64,000 nucleotides of DNA from Candidatus Latescibacterota bacterium (GCA_965203805.1 OZ241917.1:2464001-2528000); one strand, 5' to 3'. Counted from the stretch's first letter, positions 1 through 9,259 are shown. The notes: generated by a model from the sequence alone, not told the origin. A program made the numbers and translations.

Positions 1-2
1 TG

Positions 3-791
3 TTCGTGCATCCGAATATCGACCTGATCCTGGTCACGGGCGGGGGCGGCGTCGTCAGAGCCGCCATGCAGGCGCCGAAACGCGCCATTGCCGCGGGTCC
101 CGGGAATCCTCCGGTGGTCGTCGACGAAACCGCCGACCTCGACACGGCGGCGGAGGGCATCGTGGAAGGCGGCGCCTTCGACAACAACATCCTCTGCATC
201 GGCGAGAAGGAAATCTTCGTCGTCGAATCGGTTGCCGACGAACTCAAGCGTTCATTGCTATCCAGGGGTTGCGTGGAACTGGACCGCGGCCAGATCGACA
301 GCCTGACGGGGCGTGCATTCACCGAAGGCGAGGGAGGCGAACGGAACGTCAACCGCGAATTCGTCGGCCGCAACCCGAATGTTCTCGCCGAGAGCATCGG
401 CATGAACGTGCCGCCTGAGACCGAGTTGCTCATCGGTGAGGTGGAAGCCTCGCACCCCTTCACGCAGAACGAGCAGATGATGCCGTTCATTCCATTTGTC
501 CGGGTACCCGACGTGAACACCGGGATCGAACGGGCCGTGGAGGCCGAACATGGCTATCGCCACACGGCTGTAATGCACTCCAGGAACGTGGAAAATATGA
601 CGAACATGGCGCGGGCGTGCCGCTGCAGCCTCTTTATCAAGAACGGTCCGTCCACCGCGGGGGTGGGCGCGGGAGGCGAAGGATACACCTCATTCTCCAT
701 CGCAACGCCCACCGGGGAGGGCTGCACGTCGGCCAGGACCTTTACCCGTCAGCGCCGCTGTACGCTGGTCGACTATTTCAGGATCGTCTGA
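3..791 (+). CDS. CoA-acylating aldehyde dehydrogenase (EutE/PduP family), BMC-associated; 5'-truncated by window edge
   Basis: GPGNPPVVVD, FDNNILCIGEKE (catalytic Cys) and C-terminal TPTGEG..RRC motifs; frame is open to the window start; adjacent to BMC genes. Confidence 0.92.
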   Translation, partial: FVHPNIDLILVTGGGGVVRAAMQAPKRAIAAGPGNPPVVVDETADLDTAAEGIVEGGAFDNNILCIGEKEIFVVESVADELKRSLLSRGCVELDRGQIDSLTGRAFTEGEGGERNVNREFVGRNPNVLAESIGMNVPPETELLIGEVEASHPFTQNEQMMPFIPFVRVPDVNTGIERAVEAEHGYRHTAVMHSRNVENMTNMARACRCSLFIKNGPSTAGVGAGGEGYTSFSIATPTGEGCTSARTFTRQRRCTLVDYFRIV

Positions 792-846
792 AGTCCGGCG
801 ACAACCAGGACCTCACACAGGGTCCGCTTTCAATCCCTCGGCTCGC

Positions 847-1119
847 ATGCAACTCGGTCGCGTCATCGGAAAAATCGTAGCCACCAGGAAAGACCCGGCA
901 CTGACCGGCATCCGGCTGCTCGTTATCCGTCCTCTGGACCATCGCCGGAAGGATCTCGGCGATACGCTGGTGGCCGTCGACGTCGTCAGCGCGGGTCAGG
1001 GCGAAACCGTCTACTGGGTCTGCGCGAGGGAGGCGCCCAATGCCCTCCCTGAAAAATACGGACCGGTAGACGCCGCCATCGTCGGCATTGCCGACCGGAT
1101 CGATATCCGGAACGGATAA
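847..1119 (+). CDS. eutN: EutN/CcmL family microcompartment vertex (BMC-P) protein
   Basis: MQLGRVIGKIVATRKD...AVDVVSAGQGETV...PVDAAIVGIAD, 90 aa. Confidence 0.95.
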   Translation: MQLGRVIGKIVATRKDPALTGIRLLVIRPLDHRRKDLGDTLVAVDVVSAGQGETVYWVCAREAPNALPEKYGPVDAAIVGIADRIDIRNG

Positions 1120-1164
1120 AGCCGAAGAAGCTGTTTTGCGGTTGTCCTCCAGTCCCCGGTTTCC

Positions 1165-1443
1165 ATGATTCTCGCACGTGTGCTCGGCAGCGTTGTGTCC
1201 ACGCTGAAACATCCCGCCTACGAAGCCGCCAAGCTCATGGTGATCCAGCCCGTTCAGCCGGACGGCAGCGACCATGGCGACACCCTGCTTGCGGTCGACA
1301 CCGCGGGGGCGGGCGCGGGCGAGACCGTTCTCGTTCTCCGCCAGGGTGTTGCGGCCGCGCAGGTCCTGGGGGTGGATCGGCCGCCGATCCGCTCCGTTAT
1401 CGTAGGCATCGTGGACCAGATCTCGTGTGAGCCGCAGGCGTAG
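1165..1443 (+). CDS. eutN: EutN/CcmL family microcompartment vertex (BMC-P) protein, second paralog
   Basis: MILARVLGSVVSTLKH...AVDTAGAGAGETVL...IVGIVD, 92 aa. Confidence 0.95.
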   Translation: MILARVLGSVVSTLKHPAYEAAKLMVIQPVQPDGSDHGDTLLAVDTAGAGAGETVLVLRQGVAAAQVLGVDRPPIRSVIVGIVDQISCEPQA

Positions 1444-1494
1444 ACCGGAACATCGGCCAACGGCGCCCGAGGGTCACCGCAAGGTCACCAGGTT

Positions 1495-2313
1495 ATGACA
1501 CTCCATCAGGCAAAGCTGGATATCGTGGAAGCCGGACGAAGGCTTTACGACAAAGGATACATCGTCGCCAGCGACGGCAACATCTCCGCACGCTTCGATG
1601 AAGGCCGCCTGATCGTGACGCCCGGCGGGTTATGCAAGGGGAACCTGGCCGTGGAGGATCTGTGCGTCTGTGACATGGAAGGCCGGAAGATCAGCGGGCG
1701 CCTCAATCCGTCCTCCGAAATAGGCATGCATCTGTTTCTCTACAGGGAACGGCCCGACATCAAGGCGGTTGTCCACGCCCATCCGCCCACGGCCACCGGA
1801 TTCTCCGTTGCGGGAATGCCGCTCACCGATTGCGTACTTCCCGAAGTCGTGATCACACTCGGGTCGATTCCCACCGCTGAGTACGGCACGCCGGGCGGCC
1901 CCGAAATATCCGAGCCGATACGAAAATACGTCAAGGACTACGACGCCTACCTGCTCGAGAATCACGGCGCCACCACCGTGGGTTCCGGCGTGATGAACGC
2001 TTATTTCAAAATGGAAACCCTGGAACACTTCGCCCGCATCCTGTTCGTCGCGCGTCAGTTGGGCGGCGCCAACGTCCTGAGCCAGGACCAGGTTGACAAG
2101 CTCCTTCAGATCCGCAAACGCCTGGGTATCCGGGGCCCGGATCCCGCGTGCATCGTGGGAACGGATCAATCCGGCGCCTCCGGCGCCCCTGACTCGCAGA
2201 TTCCCACCCTTCGCACGCGCAGCGCGTCGGCCCCGTCCGTCGGCCCCCAGCCTTCGGAGGACGATCTGGTCACCGAAATCACCCGCCAGGTGATGCAGGA
2301 ACTCCGCAAATAG
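1495..2313 (+). CDS. Class II aldolase/adducin family (L-fuculose/rhamnulose-phosphate aldolase-like) with C-terminal encapsulation peptide
   Basis: SDGNIS, PSSE, VHAHP and LENHG Zn-binding motifs; Pro/Ser/Ala linker followed by amphipathic helix EDDLVTEITRQVMQELRK. Confidence 0.92.
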   Translation: MTLHQAKLDIVEAGRRLYDKGYIVASDGNISARFDEGRLIVTPGGLCKGNLAVEDLCVCDMEGRKISGRLNPSSEIGMHLFLYRERPDIKAVVHAHPPTATGFSVAGMPLTDCVLPEVVITLGSIPTAEYGTPGGPEISEPIRKYVKDYDAYLLENHGATTVGSGVMNAYFKMETLEHFARILFVARQLGGANVLSQDQVDKLLQIRKRLGIRGPDPACIVGTDQSGASGAPDSQIPTLRTRSASAPSVGPQPSEDDLVTEITRQVMQELRK

Positions 2314-2359
2314 ATCCGCGAGACGTGTTCTGTTCCGTAGCGCCCGATTCCCGCCGCCT

Positions 2360-3550
2360 ATGAAAATCCTCGTTGCCAACGTCGGCAGTACGTCGTTCAA
2401 GTACAGATTGTTCGATATGAACGACGAGACGATCATCGCCGAGGGACGCCTCGAGCGTATCGGCGACGCGCGGTGTCCGGTTGAACACCGCGCCGGTGGG
2501 CGGAAAGCCCGATTCACCTGTGCGCTTCCGGATTACCCTGCAGCGATCCGGAACGTGATGGATGCCCTCAACCGGGCGGGCGCAATCCGGGGGGCCTCCG
2601 ACCTGGATGCCGTTGGGTTCAAGACCGTACATATGCGCGGAGAACCCGGGGTTCATGTTCTGGACGACGGGATTCTCGAACGCATGGCCGAATACAACGA
2701 ACTCGCCCCGGCCCACAATCCGCCGTACATCCTTGCGATCAGGATCTTCCAGGAATTATACCCCGGTCTTCCACTGGTCGGCCTGTTCGAACCGGCATTC
2801 CACACCACCATTCCGGACTATGCGTACACCTACAGCGTTCCCTTTGCCTGGTACGAAACCTACGGCGTGCGAAAATACGGCTTTCACGGCGCATCGCATC
2901 GTTATATCTCCGAAAGGACCCCCCGGCTCCTCGACCGGCGGGGCGAGAGCCTGAACCTGATTTCATGTCACCTTGGCGGCAGCGCATCGTTATGCGCCAT
3001 AAAGGACGGACGGTCCGTCGATACCACCATGGGATTCTCCGCCCAGGACGGCATTATCCACGGCAACCGCAACGGCGCCATCGACCCGTTCATCATCCCC
3101 TTCATCATGGACCGCGAAGGCCTGTCTACGGACGAGGTCCGGCGAATCCTCACGACGGAGAGCGGTCTGCTCGGGATCTCCGGCGTCAGCGGCGATGTGC
3201 GCGACCTGGAAACGGCCGCCGCCGCCGGCAATCGACGGGCTGAACTGGCCATCGAAACTTTCTGTTACGGCGTCAAGACCGGCATCGGCGCGATGGCCGC
3301 GGCGCTTGGCGGAATCGATGCGCTTGCCTTCGCGGGGGGTATCGGTGAACGCGGGGTGCACGTTCGGCGGCGCATCTGCAGTGGCCTTGAATTCCTCGGC
3401 GTTCAACTGGACCCCGACAAGAACCGCTCAGGGCCACCCGAACGGCTGATTTCCGCTTCAGAAAGCCCGGTGAAAACACTGATTGTGACCACGAACGAAG
3501 AAATCATCGTCGCCCGGGAAACGGCCGCTTTACTAAAGGGTCATTCGTAA
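2360..3550 (+). CDS. ackA: Acetate/propionate family kinase (BMC-associated variant)
   Basis: NVGSTSFKY, APAHNP, YGFHGASH, CHLGGSAS, GGIGE, TNEE motifs. Confidence 0.93.
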   Translation: MKILVANVGSTSFKYRLFDMNDETIIAEGRLERIGDARCPVEHRAGGRKARFTCALPDYPAAIRNVMDALNRAGAIRGASDLDAVGFKTVHMRGEPGVHVLDDGILERMAEYNELAPAHNPPYILAIRIFQELYPGLPLVGLFEPAFHTTIPDYAYTYSVPFAWYETYGVRKYGFHGASHRYISERTPRLLDRRGESLNLISCHLGGSASLCAIKDGRSVDTTMGFSAQDGIIHGNRNGAIDPFIIPFIMDREGLSTDEVRRILTTESGLLGISGVSGDVRDLETAAAAGNRRAELAIETFCYGVKTGIGAMAAALGGIDALAFAGGIGERGVHVRRRICSGLEFLGVQLDPDKNRSGPPERLISASESPVKTLIVTTNEEIIVARETAALLKGHS

Positions 3551-3569
3551 CCCACGGATCCTGGAACCC

Positions 3570-4994
3570 ATGATATCCTTTTTCTGCGGGCTGCTCTTCC
3601 TGCTTTCCGAACCCCTGCACGCCTTCGATCGGGAACTCTGGACCGCCTTTCCCAACATGAACTCGATTACGGCCGTGGCCGAAGGCAGCCAGTACATCTA
3701 CATCGGCACCCGGAGCGGAATCCGTCGTTACGACATCTACGGGGACCGCTGGCACAGGCCGCTGACCGTTCTGGACGGTCTGCCCGACAACCGCATTCGC
3801 GCCCTCGCCTACGACGGCAATACCGGCGACCTCTGGCTGGACACGCCGTCAGGGGCGGTCCGCTGGCTGACCCGGCTCGAAAGCGTTTCCTATTTCGGCG
3901 ACGACCCGCCCCCGCGCCGTCCGCCCGTGCCGATTCCGCCGGTCTATCTGCCTTTCGGCCACTTTCTTCAGGACGGCTGGATCCGGGGTCCGCGCAAGAG
4001 CTATCCCATAACCGCCACGCTGATGGACACGTGGCACACCCTGTGGATCGGCACCGGTGGGCTGGGCGTCGGCAAGGCGAACATGACAGACCGGCAGCTC
4101 GAATTCCACGCATTCGGCCCTCTCGACGAAAACATCAGCGCCATGGCCAGAGACGGAGACAGTATCTGGTTCGGGGGCAAAGGCGTTTATGGTATAAAGG
4201 AACAGGGAATCACACGGCACGACCTGTCGAACCGCACGTGGGAATACTTCGAACCGGAGGACGTCATGGGCCTCGACGAGGCCCGCGTCTCCACCATTCT
4301 GCCGGACAGCGATTCGGTCTGGTTCGGCGCCTGGAACGGCCTCATCCGGTACGTCCGCGACTCCGGACGGTGGACGACCTACCGCCTGCCCCGCCGGCGC
4401 GGGGTCACCGCACTGGCAAGGGCGGGAACCCGGCTCTGGATTGGCACGCAGGCCGGACTGGCCGTCTTCGATACGCTCGCCGACACCATCCGGTGGGTCG
4501 ACGGCAGCGAGAGATTCTCCATACTGGCCATGGCGGCCGGCGCCGACTATACCTGGGCGGGCACCCAACTCGGCATGTTTCGCTGTCCCGTTGGTGACGT
4601 GACCTGGACGCCAGTCCAAAGTCCCGGCGGGCTCACGTCTCGACCCATCAACGGGTTGGCGACGTGGAGAGACAGGGTATGGGCGACCGTTGAGTCGCCG
4701 TCGACGCTCATTCATCTTGCGCCGCCCGACACGGCGTGGCAACGATTCGCGCTCGCCGAGATACACGGAAACCGGCACGTTGCGATCGCGGCCGATACGA
4801 TCGGCGTCTGGCTGGGTACCGAAGTCGGCGCGTTCCGCTTCGACATTTCAACCGGGCTGTGGAGGCGTTACACGCAATCCAACGGCCTGATCGACGACCG
4901 CACGCAGGCCGTACTCCTGCAGGAAGACTACGTATGGTTCGGCACGGAGAAAGGTGCGAGCCGGTATAATTGGTCGCAGGACTTTTTTAGATAA
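3570..4994 (+). CDS. Secreted beta-propeller protein (two-component-regulator propeller-like repeats)
   Basis: N-terminal signal-like segment; repeated hW(I/F/L)GTxxG blades; GLPDNRI and GLIDDRT motifs. Confidence 0.75.
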   Translation: MISFFCGLLFLLSEPLHAFDRELWTAFPNMNSITAVAEGSQYIYIGTRSGIRRYDIYGDRWHRPLTVLDGLPDNRIRALAYDGNTGDLWLDTPSGAVRWLTRLESVSYFGDDPPPRRPPVPIPPVYLPFGHFLQDGWIRGPRKSYPITATLMDTWHTLWIGTGGLGVGKANMTDRQLEFHAFGPLDENISAMARDGDSIWFGGKGVYGIKEQGITRHDLSNRTWEYFEPEDVMGLDEARVSTILPDSDSVWFGAWNGLIRYVRDSGRWTTYRLPRRRGVTALARAGTRLWIGTQAGLAVFDTLADTIRWVDGSERFSILAMAAGADYTWAGTQLGMFRCPVGDVTWTPVQSPGGLTSRPINGLATWRDRVWATVESPSTLIHLAPPDTAWQRFALAEIHGNRHVAIAADTIGVWLGTEVGAFRFDISTGLWRRYTQSNGLIDDRTQAVLLQEDYVWFGTEKGASRYNWSQDFFR

Positions 4995-5042
4995 CTCGTT
5001 GTTTTTTATGTAAAAAATAGTGTGGATTTTTGAGAATAGCAC

Positions 5043-5080
5043 AAAAAAAACGTGACACGAACGGAAATTTTCTTTATCTT
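5043..5080 (+). promoter_or_regulatory. Putative sigma70 promoter for the BMC-H gene
   Basis: A-tract (5043-5050), then GTGACA-N17-TATCTT in an AT-rich intergenic region. Confidence 0.5.
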
Positions 5081-5172
5081 TATTTATACATATAGTGTCG
5101 CTGTGGCGCCTTTACGTTCCAACACCGAATGGTCCTGATGAACTTCGCCCTAATTCATCTGCAGAGTTGACC

Positions 5173-5226
5173 GAAAGCGGCCACGCCGAACGCATCCGTG
5201 CGACCGGCGTGGCCGCTTTCCTGTTT
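5173..5226 (+). terminator. Strong hairpin in the 5' leader of the BMC-H gene (attenuator/terminator-like)
   Basis: Perfect 16-bp stem GAAAGCGGCCACGCCG (5173-5188)/CGGCGTGGCCGCTTTC (5205-5220), inner CGCA-TCCG-TGCG stem-loop, followed by CTGTTT. Confidence 0.65.
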
Positions 5227-5252
5227 CCCAATTTCCCGCTCAGGGGCAGTCG

Positions 5253-5720
5253 ATGGCAAAAAACGCGTTAGGCCTGATCGAAACCCGTGGATTTACCGGC
5301 GTCGTTGAAGCGGCCGACGCGGCCGTTAAGGCAGCGGCCGTCGAACTCGCCGCTGTCGAAAAGATTGAGGGGGGCCTGGTTTCCATTCGAATTCTGGGCG
5401 ACGTGGGTGCAGTACAGGCCGCTGTACAGGCTGCCGCGGAGGCCGCGGAACAGGTTGGCCAGCTGGTATCCCGTCACGTGATACCGAACCCTCACGACGA
5501 TCTGGTAGACGTATTTGAGTTAAACGGCCCGCGGCCCCCGAACCGAACGCAGCCCGCCGCCTCCGCGAATCCGGACCTTGGCGGTCTCTCGGTTGTAGAG
5601 CTGCGCGGCCTGGCCAGACAGACGCCCGGTTTGCCCATCAGGGGGCGCGAGATTTCCCGCGCTACGCGCCAGCAACTGATCCAGGCGCTCCTCAGCGCGA
5701 ACGACAACGTCGACGAATAA
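5253..5720 (+). CDS. BMC-H shell protein with C-terminal Rho-N/HeH-like helical extension
   Basis: ALGLIETRG..EAADAAVKAA..GDVGAVQAAV..HVIPNPH core; Pro-rich linker; LGGLSVVELRGLARQ...ATRQQLIQAL tail. Confidence 0.93.
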   Translation: MAKNALGLIETRGFTGVVEAADAAVKAAAVELAAVEKIEGGLVSIRILGDVGAVQAAVQAAAEAAEQVGQLVSRHVIPNPHDDLVDVFELNGPRPPNRTQPAASANPDLGGLSVVELRGLARQTPGLPIRGREISRATRQQLIQALLSANDNVDE

Positions 5721-6082
5721 TGTCCAGGGGGTTCCGGATGGAAACCGATACGCTTTGGGAACGCATCAAGAGAGGAATCATCGACAGCGCGGCAACCGCG
5801 GCCCACAAGGCCGAACACCTGGGGAAAATTGGTCGCGCCAGGCTCGATATCGCGGGAACCCGTCACGCAATACACGAAGCGTTCGCCGAATTTGGCGGTG
5901 TGGTTTATGCCCACCTGTCCGCGGGCAACGAAAGCGGCGGCGTCCGGAAGGAGGAAGTTCAGGATCTGGTGCGGAGAATCTGCGAACTGGAGAATCTGCT
6001 GCAGGAACGGGAAACCCGTCTGAAGAAACTGAAAGCCGGCAACAGTGAGGAAGAGGAGGAGGCCGCGGAGGCGAAAACTTGA
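5720..6082 (+). CDS. Hypothetical coiled-coil protein (alternative start 5738)
   Basis: TAATG stop/start overlap with BMC-H; helical, charged sequence. Confidence 0.7.
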   Translation: MSRGFRMETDTLWERIKRGIIDSAATAAHKAEHLGKIGRARLDIAGTRHAIHEAFAEFGGVVYAHLSAGNESGGVRKEEVQDLVRRICELENLLQERETRLKKLKAGNSEEEEEAAEAKT

Positions 6083-6094
6083 CCTCACCGGACT

Positions 6095-6260
6095 TAACTG
6101 CCCGTTGAAAAAGTCCATCCGGGCTGCGTCCGGCCCTTGTGACCGAACTACGGCGTTGCGCTCTCTCCCCGAATCCAGGGATTCGCGTCGGTCACGCGCC
6201 TTGTCTTCGGCCACAATGACTCGGCCTCGCCTGCAGAGCGACTTTTTCAACGGACTGTTA
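6095..6260. mobile_element. MITE-like non-autonomous element (~166 bp)
   Basis: Terminal inverted repeats TAACTGCCCGTTGAAAAAGTC / GACTTTTTCAACGGACTGTTA (19 of 21 match); fills an intergenic gap; no transposase. Confidence 0.75.
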
Positions 6261-6265
6261 TCAGC

Positions 6266-7648
6266 GTGACACCCAAACCGGACCGGGTTCGCCAGGCTGT
6301 CTTCTTCGCATGCCTTCTCCTTCTGCGTATCCAGACGGCCTGGGCCGCCAGTCCCGATCGGTCATTCACCGAGGTTGCCAGGCGGGTAAGGCCCGTGGTT
6401 GTCAGCATCTCGGTCAAAAGCGCCTACGGCAGGGAGATCTCCCGCACAGGGCTGCGCCAGGGCCCCTCAGCGTTGCGTTATGGATCCGGCTTCGTTCTGG
6501 ACGCGACGGGTCATATCCTGACCAGCAACCACGTCATAGAACGTGCCATTGGTATCCAGGTCGGTTTTTCCGACGGCAAGGAATATGCCGCCGAAATCGT
6601 CGGGCAGGATCCCGACACAGACCTCGCGCTTATCCGGCTGATTTCGGCAGCGCCCATCGACAGTTCCCGTATTGCCCGCCTGGGCGCCTCCGATTCAACA
6701 CAGGTCGGCGACTGGGTGATGGCCGTCGGCAGTCCCTTCGGCTTTCATCATACCGTCAGCGTGGGTGTGATCAGCGCCAAGGGAAGGCATCTGGAACGAA
6801 TACAGGGGGATATACCGGCGCCGCCGTTTCAGGATTTTCTGCAGACGGACGCATCCATCAATCCTGGAAACAGCGGCGGGCCCCTGGTGAATAGCGCGGG
6901 GCGCGTCGTTGGCGTGAACACCGCGTACAATCCCGCGGGATCCGGCATTGGGTTCGCCATACCGATAGACGTCGCCGGAAGCGTTGCCGCGCAACTGCGC
7001 GAACACGGCGAGGTCGTCCGCGGCTATCTCGGAATTCACCCCCAGGACCTGACGTCCGATCTTGCGGATGCGCTCGAACTGGACTCGACTGCGGGCATCC
7101 TTATCGGGGAAGTTCAGGTGGAAAGCCCGGCGGGGCGCGGCGGCCTCAAGCGAGGCGACATCATCAGAACGCTCGACGCCGACCCCATCCACAATGCCCA
7201 GGACTTTCTGAACCGGATTACCGGGTACCGTCCGGGGGAATCCGTTTCGCTGTTCATTCTTCGCGGCGGTGTGCCGTTGACGATCTCCTGTACGCTCGAC
7301 AGGAGGCCGAAGCAGCCCCGGCCCCCGCACAGATTTCGTACCGACAGCACAAACTGGCCCGGACTTGAGGTCAAGAGTCGCTCAGATTGGCAAAGCGGCC
7401 GATTGCAGGCGTCCAGAACCGGCCCCGGTGTCGTGGTTCATTACGTCGCTCCCGGTAGTCCGGCGGAAAACAAACTGATCGAACGCGGCGACGCGATCCT
7501 GGAAATCGACGGTGTCAGTATCTCGAACGTCAGAGACTACCGCAGGATGGTCGAAGAAATCAAGAGAGCTGTCAGGCCAGGCGTGTTCCTGATCCTGAAA
7601 AAGCACGACGGCAGCACGCGATTCGTTGCCCTCCGACCGCGACGTTGA
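6266..7648 (+). CDS. HtrA/DegP/DegQ family periplasmic serine protease with two PDZ domains
   Basis: Signal peptide; GSGF, TSNHV, TDLALI, QTDASINPGNSGGPL; two PDZ-like repeats. Confidence 0.95.
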   Translation: MTPKPDRVRQAVFFACLLLLRIQTAWAASPDRSFTEVARRVRPVVVSISVKSAYGREISRTGLRQGPSALRYGSGFVLDATGHILTSNHVIERAIGIQVGFSDGKEYAAEIVGQDPDTDLALIRLISAAPIDSSRIARLGASDSTQVGDWVMAVGSPFGFHHTVSVGVISAKGRHLERIQGDIPAPPFQDFLQTDASINPGNSGGPLVNSAGRVVGVNTAYNPAGSGIGFAIPIDVAGSVAAQLREHGEVVRGYLGIHPQDLTSDLADALELDSTAGILIGEVQVESPAGRGGLKRGDIIRTLDADPIHNAQDFLNRITGYRPGESVSLFILRGGVPLTISCTLDRRPKQPRPPHRFRTDSTNWPGLEVKSRSDWQSGRLQASRTGPGVVVHYVAPGSPAENKLIERGDAILEIDGVSISNVRDYRRMVEEIKRAVRPGVFLILKKHDGSTRFVALRPRR

Positions 7649-7883
7649 ACGCGCTTCGGGCGTCTGCCGAAGTACATCCGTCCAACCGAAAGGAGACCAA
7701 TCTTATGTAGCGAACTCCTGTCAACGGTATCCACATCCACAGCAGCAAGGTTCACTACGACAGTCTTGGATCCCCTTCGAGGAACTCAGTCGATTCTCCC
7801 GAACTGGTTTCTCGGCTCACAGTCCGGCTCCGAAACCCCGGCCCAACTGAACCGACCTCCCCGGTGCAAAGAAAGGCTGACGA

Positions 7884-8741
7884 GTGTCTAAGCTAGCCAA
7901 GAGGCCGTACGCGCGCGAAGATGAATCTCTGGATCAGTACCTTCAGGAGATCGGAGAAGTCGATCTTCTCACGGCGGACGAAGAAATCGCCCTCGCCAAG
8001 CGAATCAAGAAGGGCGACCAGGATTCCCTCGAAAAGCTGACCAAAGCCAATCTGAGATTTGTTGTCAGCGTGGCCAAGCAATACCAGAACCAGGGTCTCT
8101 CAATGGGAGACCTGATCAACGAGGGAAATCTGGGTCTGATAAAAGCAGCCAAACGCTTTGACGAAACAAAAGGCTTCAAATTTATCTCGTATGCCGTCTG
8201 GTGGATCAGGCAGGCCATTCTGCAGGCGCTCGCCGAGCAGTCCAGGATTGTTCGGCTGCCCTTGAACAGGGTGGGCGCCCTGCACAAAATCGGCAAGGCA
8301 TCCAGCGGGCTGGAGCAGGAATTCGGGCGAGAGCCCAGCCCCAGCGAAATCGCCGACGAACTTGAAATGAGCGATTACGAGGTGATGGATACACTCAAGA
8401 TCTCGAGCCGGCACCTTTCGCTCGACGCCCCGTTCAGCGAAAGCGAAGACAACAGTCTGCTGGATATTCTCGAAGATCAGTTGCAGCCGCCCCCCGATGA
8501 ATCGCTCATCGACGACTCACTCCACCGTGAGGTCGAGAAAGCGCTGGCAACCCTCACGCCCCGGGAAGCCGAAGTGATCAGCCTCTACTTCGGCATCAAC
8601 CGGGAGCACCCGCTCACGCTGGAGGAGATCGGCGAACGCTTCGGGCTGACCCGGGAGCGGGTACGCCAGATAAAGGAAAAGGCCATCCACAGGCTGCGCC
8701 ACAATTCCAGAAGCCGCCCCCTCAAGGCCTATCTACACTGA
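7884..8741 (+). CDS. rpoD: RNA polymerase sigma70 factor RpoD/SigA family (short form lacking region 1.1)
   Basis: [56 protein letters not shown]. Confidence 0.95.
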   Translation: MSKLAKRPYAREDESLDQYLQEIGEVDLLTADEEIALAKRIKKGDQDSLEKLTKANLRFVVSVAKQYQNQGLSMGDLINEGNLGLIKAAKRFDETKGFKFISYAVWWIRQAILQALAEQSRIVRLPLNRVGALHKIGKASSGLEQEFGREPSPSEIADELEMSDYEVMDTLKISSRHLSLDAPFSESEDNSLLDILEDQLQPPPDESLIDDSLHREVEKALATLTPREAEVISLYFGINREHPLTLEEIGERFGLTRERVRQIKEKAIHRLRHNSRSRPLKAYLH

Positions 8742-8756
8742 AAACACGATCCCTGT

Positions 8757-8798
8757 AAAGCCACAGCCGGCGTGACGCAATGGCTGTGGCTTTTTTTT
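8757..8798 (+). terminator. Rho-independent terminator after the sigma factor gene
   Basis: AAAGCCACAGCC/GGCTGTGGCTTT stem with a T8 tail. Confidence 0.88.
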
Positions 8799-8828
8799 AG
8801 GCGGCTGTAAGGGACCGCCCGCCGGCGC

Positions 8829-8857
8829 TTGACGGAACCGCCCAAAACTTGTACATT
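8829..8857 (+). promoter_or_regulatory. Putative sigma70 promoter
   Basis: TTGACG-N17-TACATT, about 60 bp upstream of ATG 8920. Confidence 0.7.
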
Positions 8858-8919
8858 TGGTGGGTTTGTCATCCGTCGCGAGCCGTTCAATATCCTCTTT
8901 CACCGAAAGGATTCAGCCC

Positions 8920-9171
8920 ATGTCGAACAGCAAATCCATAAAGGCGCTGCTGGTCGTTGTCGCGTTCCTGCTGGTTGCCAACCTGGTCCGCCCGCTCTGG
9001 TCGCCGGGTACGGCCCACGCACAGAGTGACGGGGAAGCCCCTGCAGTGGCCATCACCGGCGCGGGGAATACCGCCTGGATTCTGAAGGACAGCAATCTAT
9101 ACTACGCGGTGTACGAAAAGCAGTACGAATCCATCCGCATTTATGGTCCCGAAGAACTGCCGGAAGAGTGA
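8920..9171 (+). CDS. Small exported hypothetical protein
   Basis: AAAGGA RBS before ATG 8920; hydrophobic N-terminal segment with AHA-Q cleavage-like site. Confidence 0.65.
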   Translation: MSNSKSIKALLVVVAFLLVANLVRPLWSPGTAHAQSDGEAPAVAITGAGNTAWILKDSNLYYAVYEKQYESIRIYGPEELPEE

Positions 9172-9259
9172 TCGCCGCCATGGGTCGTCGTCCGGGTTTG
9201 CCGAAGAGCCGGCATTCCTGCCCCCGAATCTCCTCCGAACCGCATAGCCAGAGGCATCC

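Noticed and set aside
5131-5175. Fluoride or other known riboswitch in the BMC-H leader (GATGAACTTCGCC)
   Set aside because: It lacks the downstream GCTGATGAC-type element and pseudoknot partner; kept only as an unnamed structured leader.
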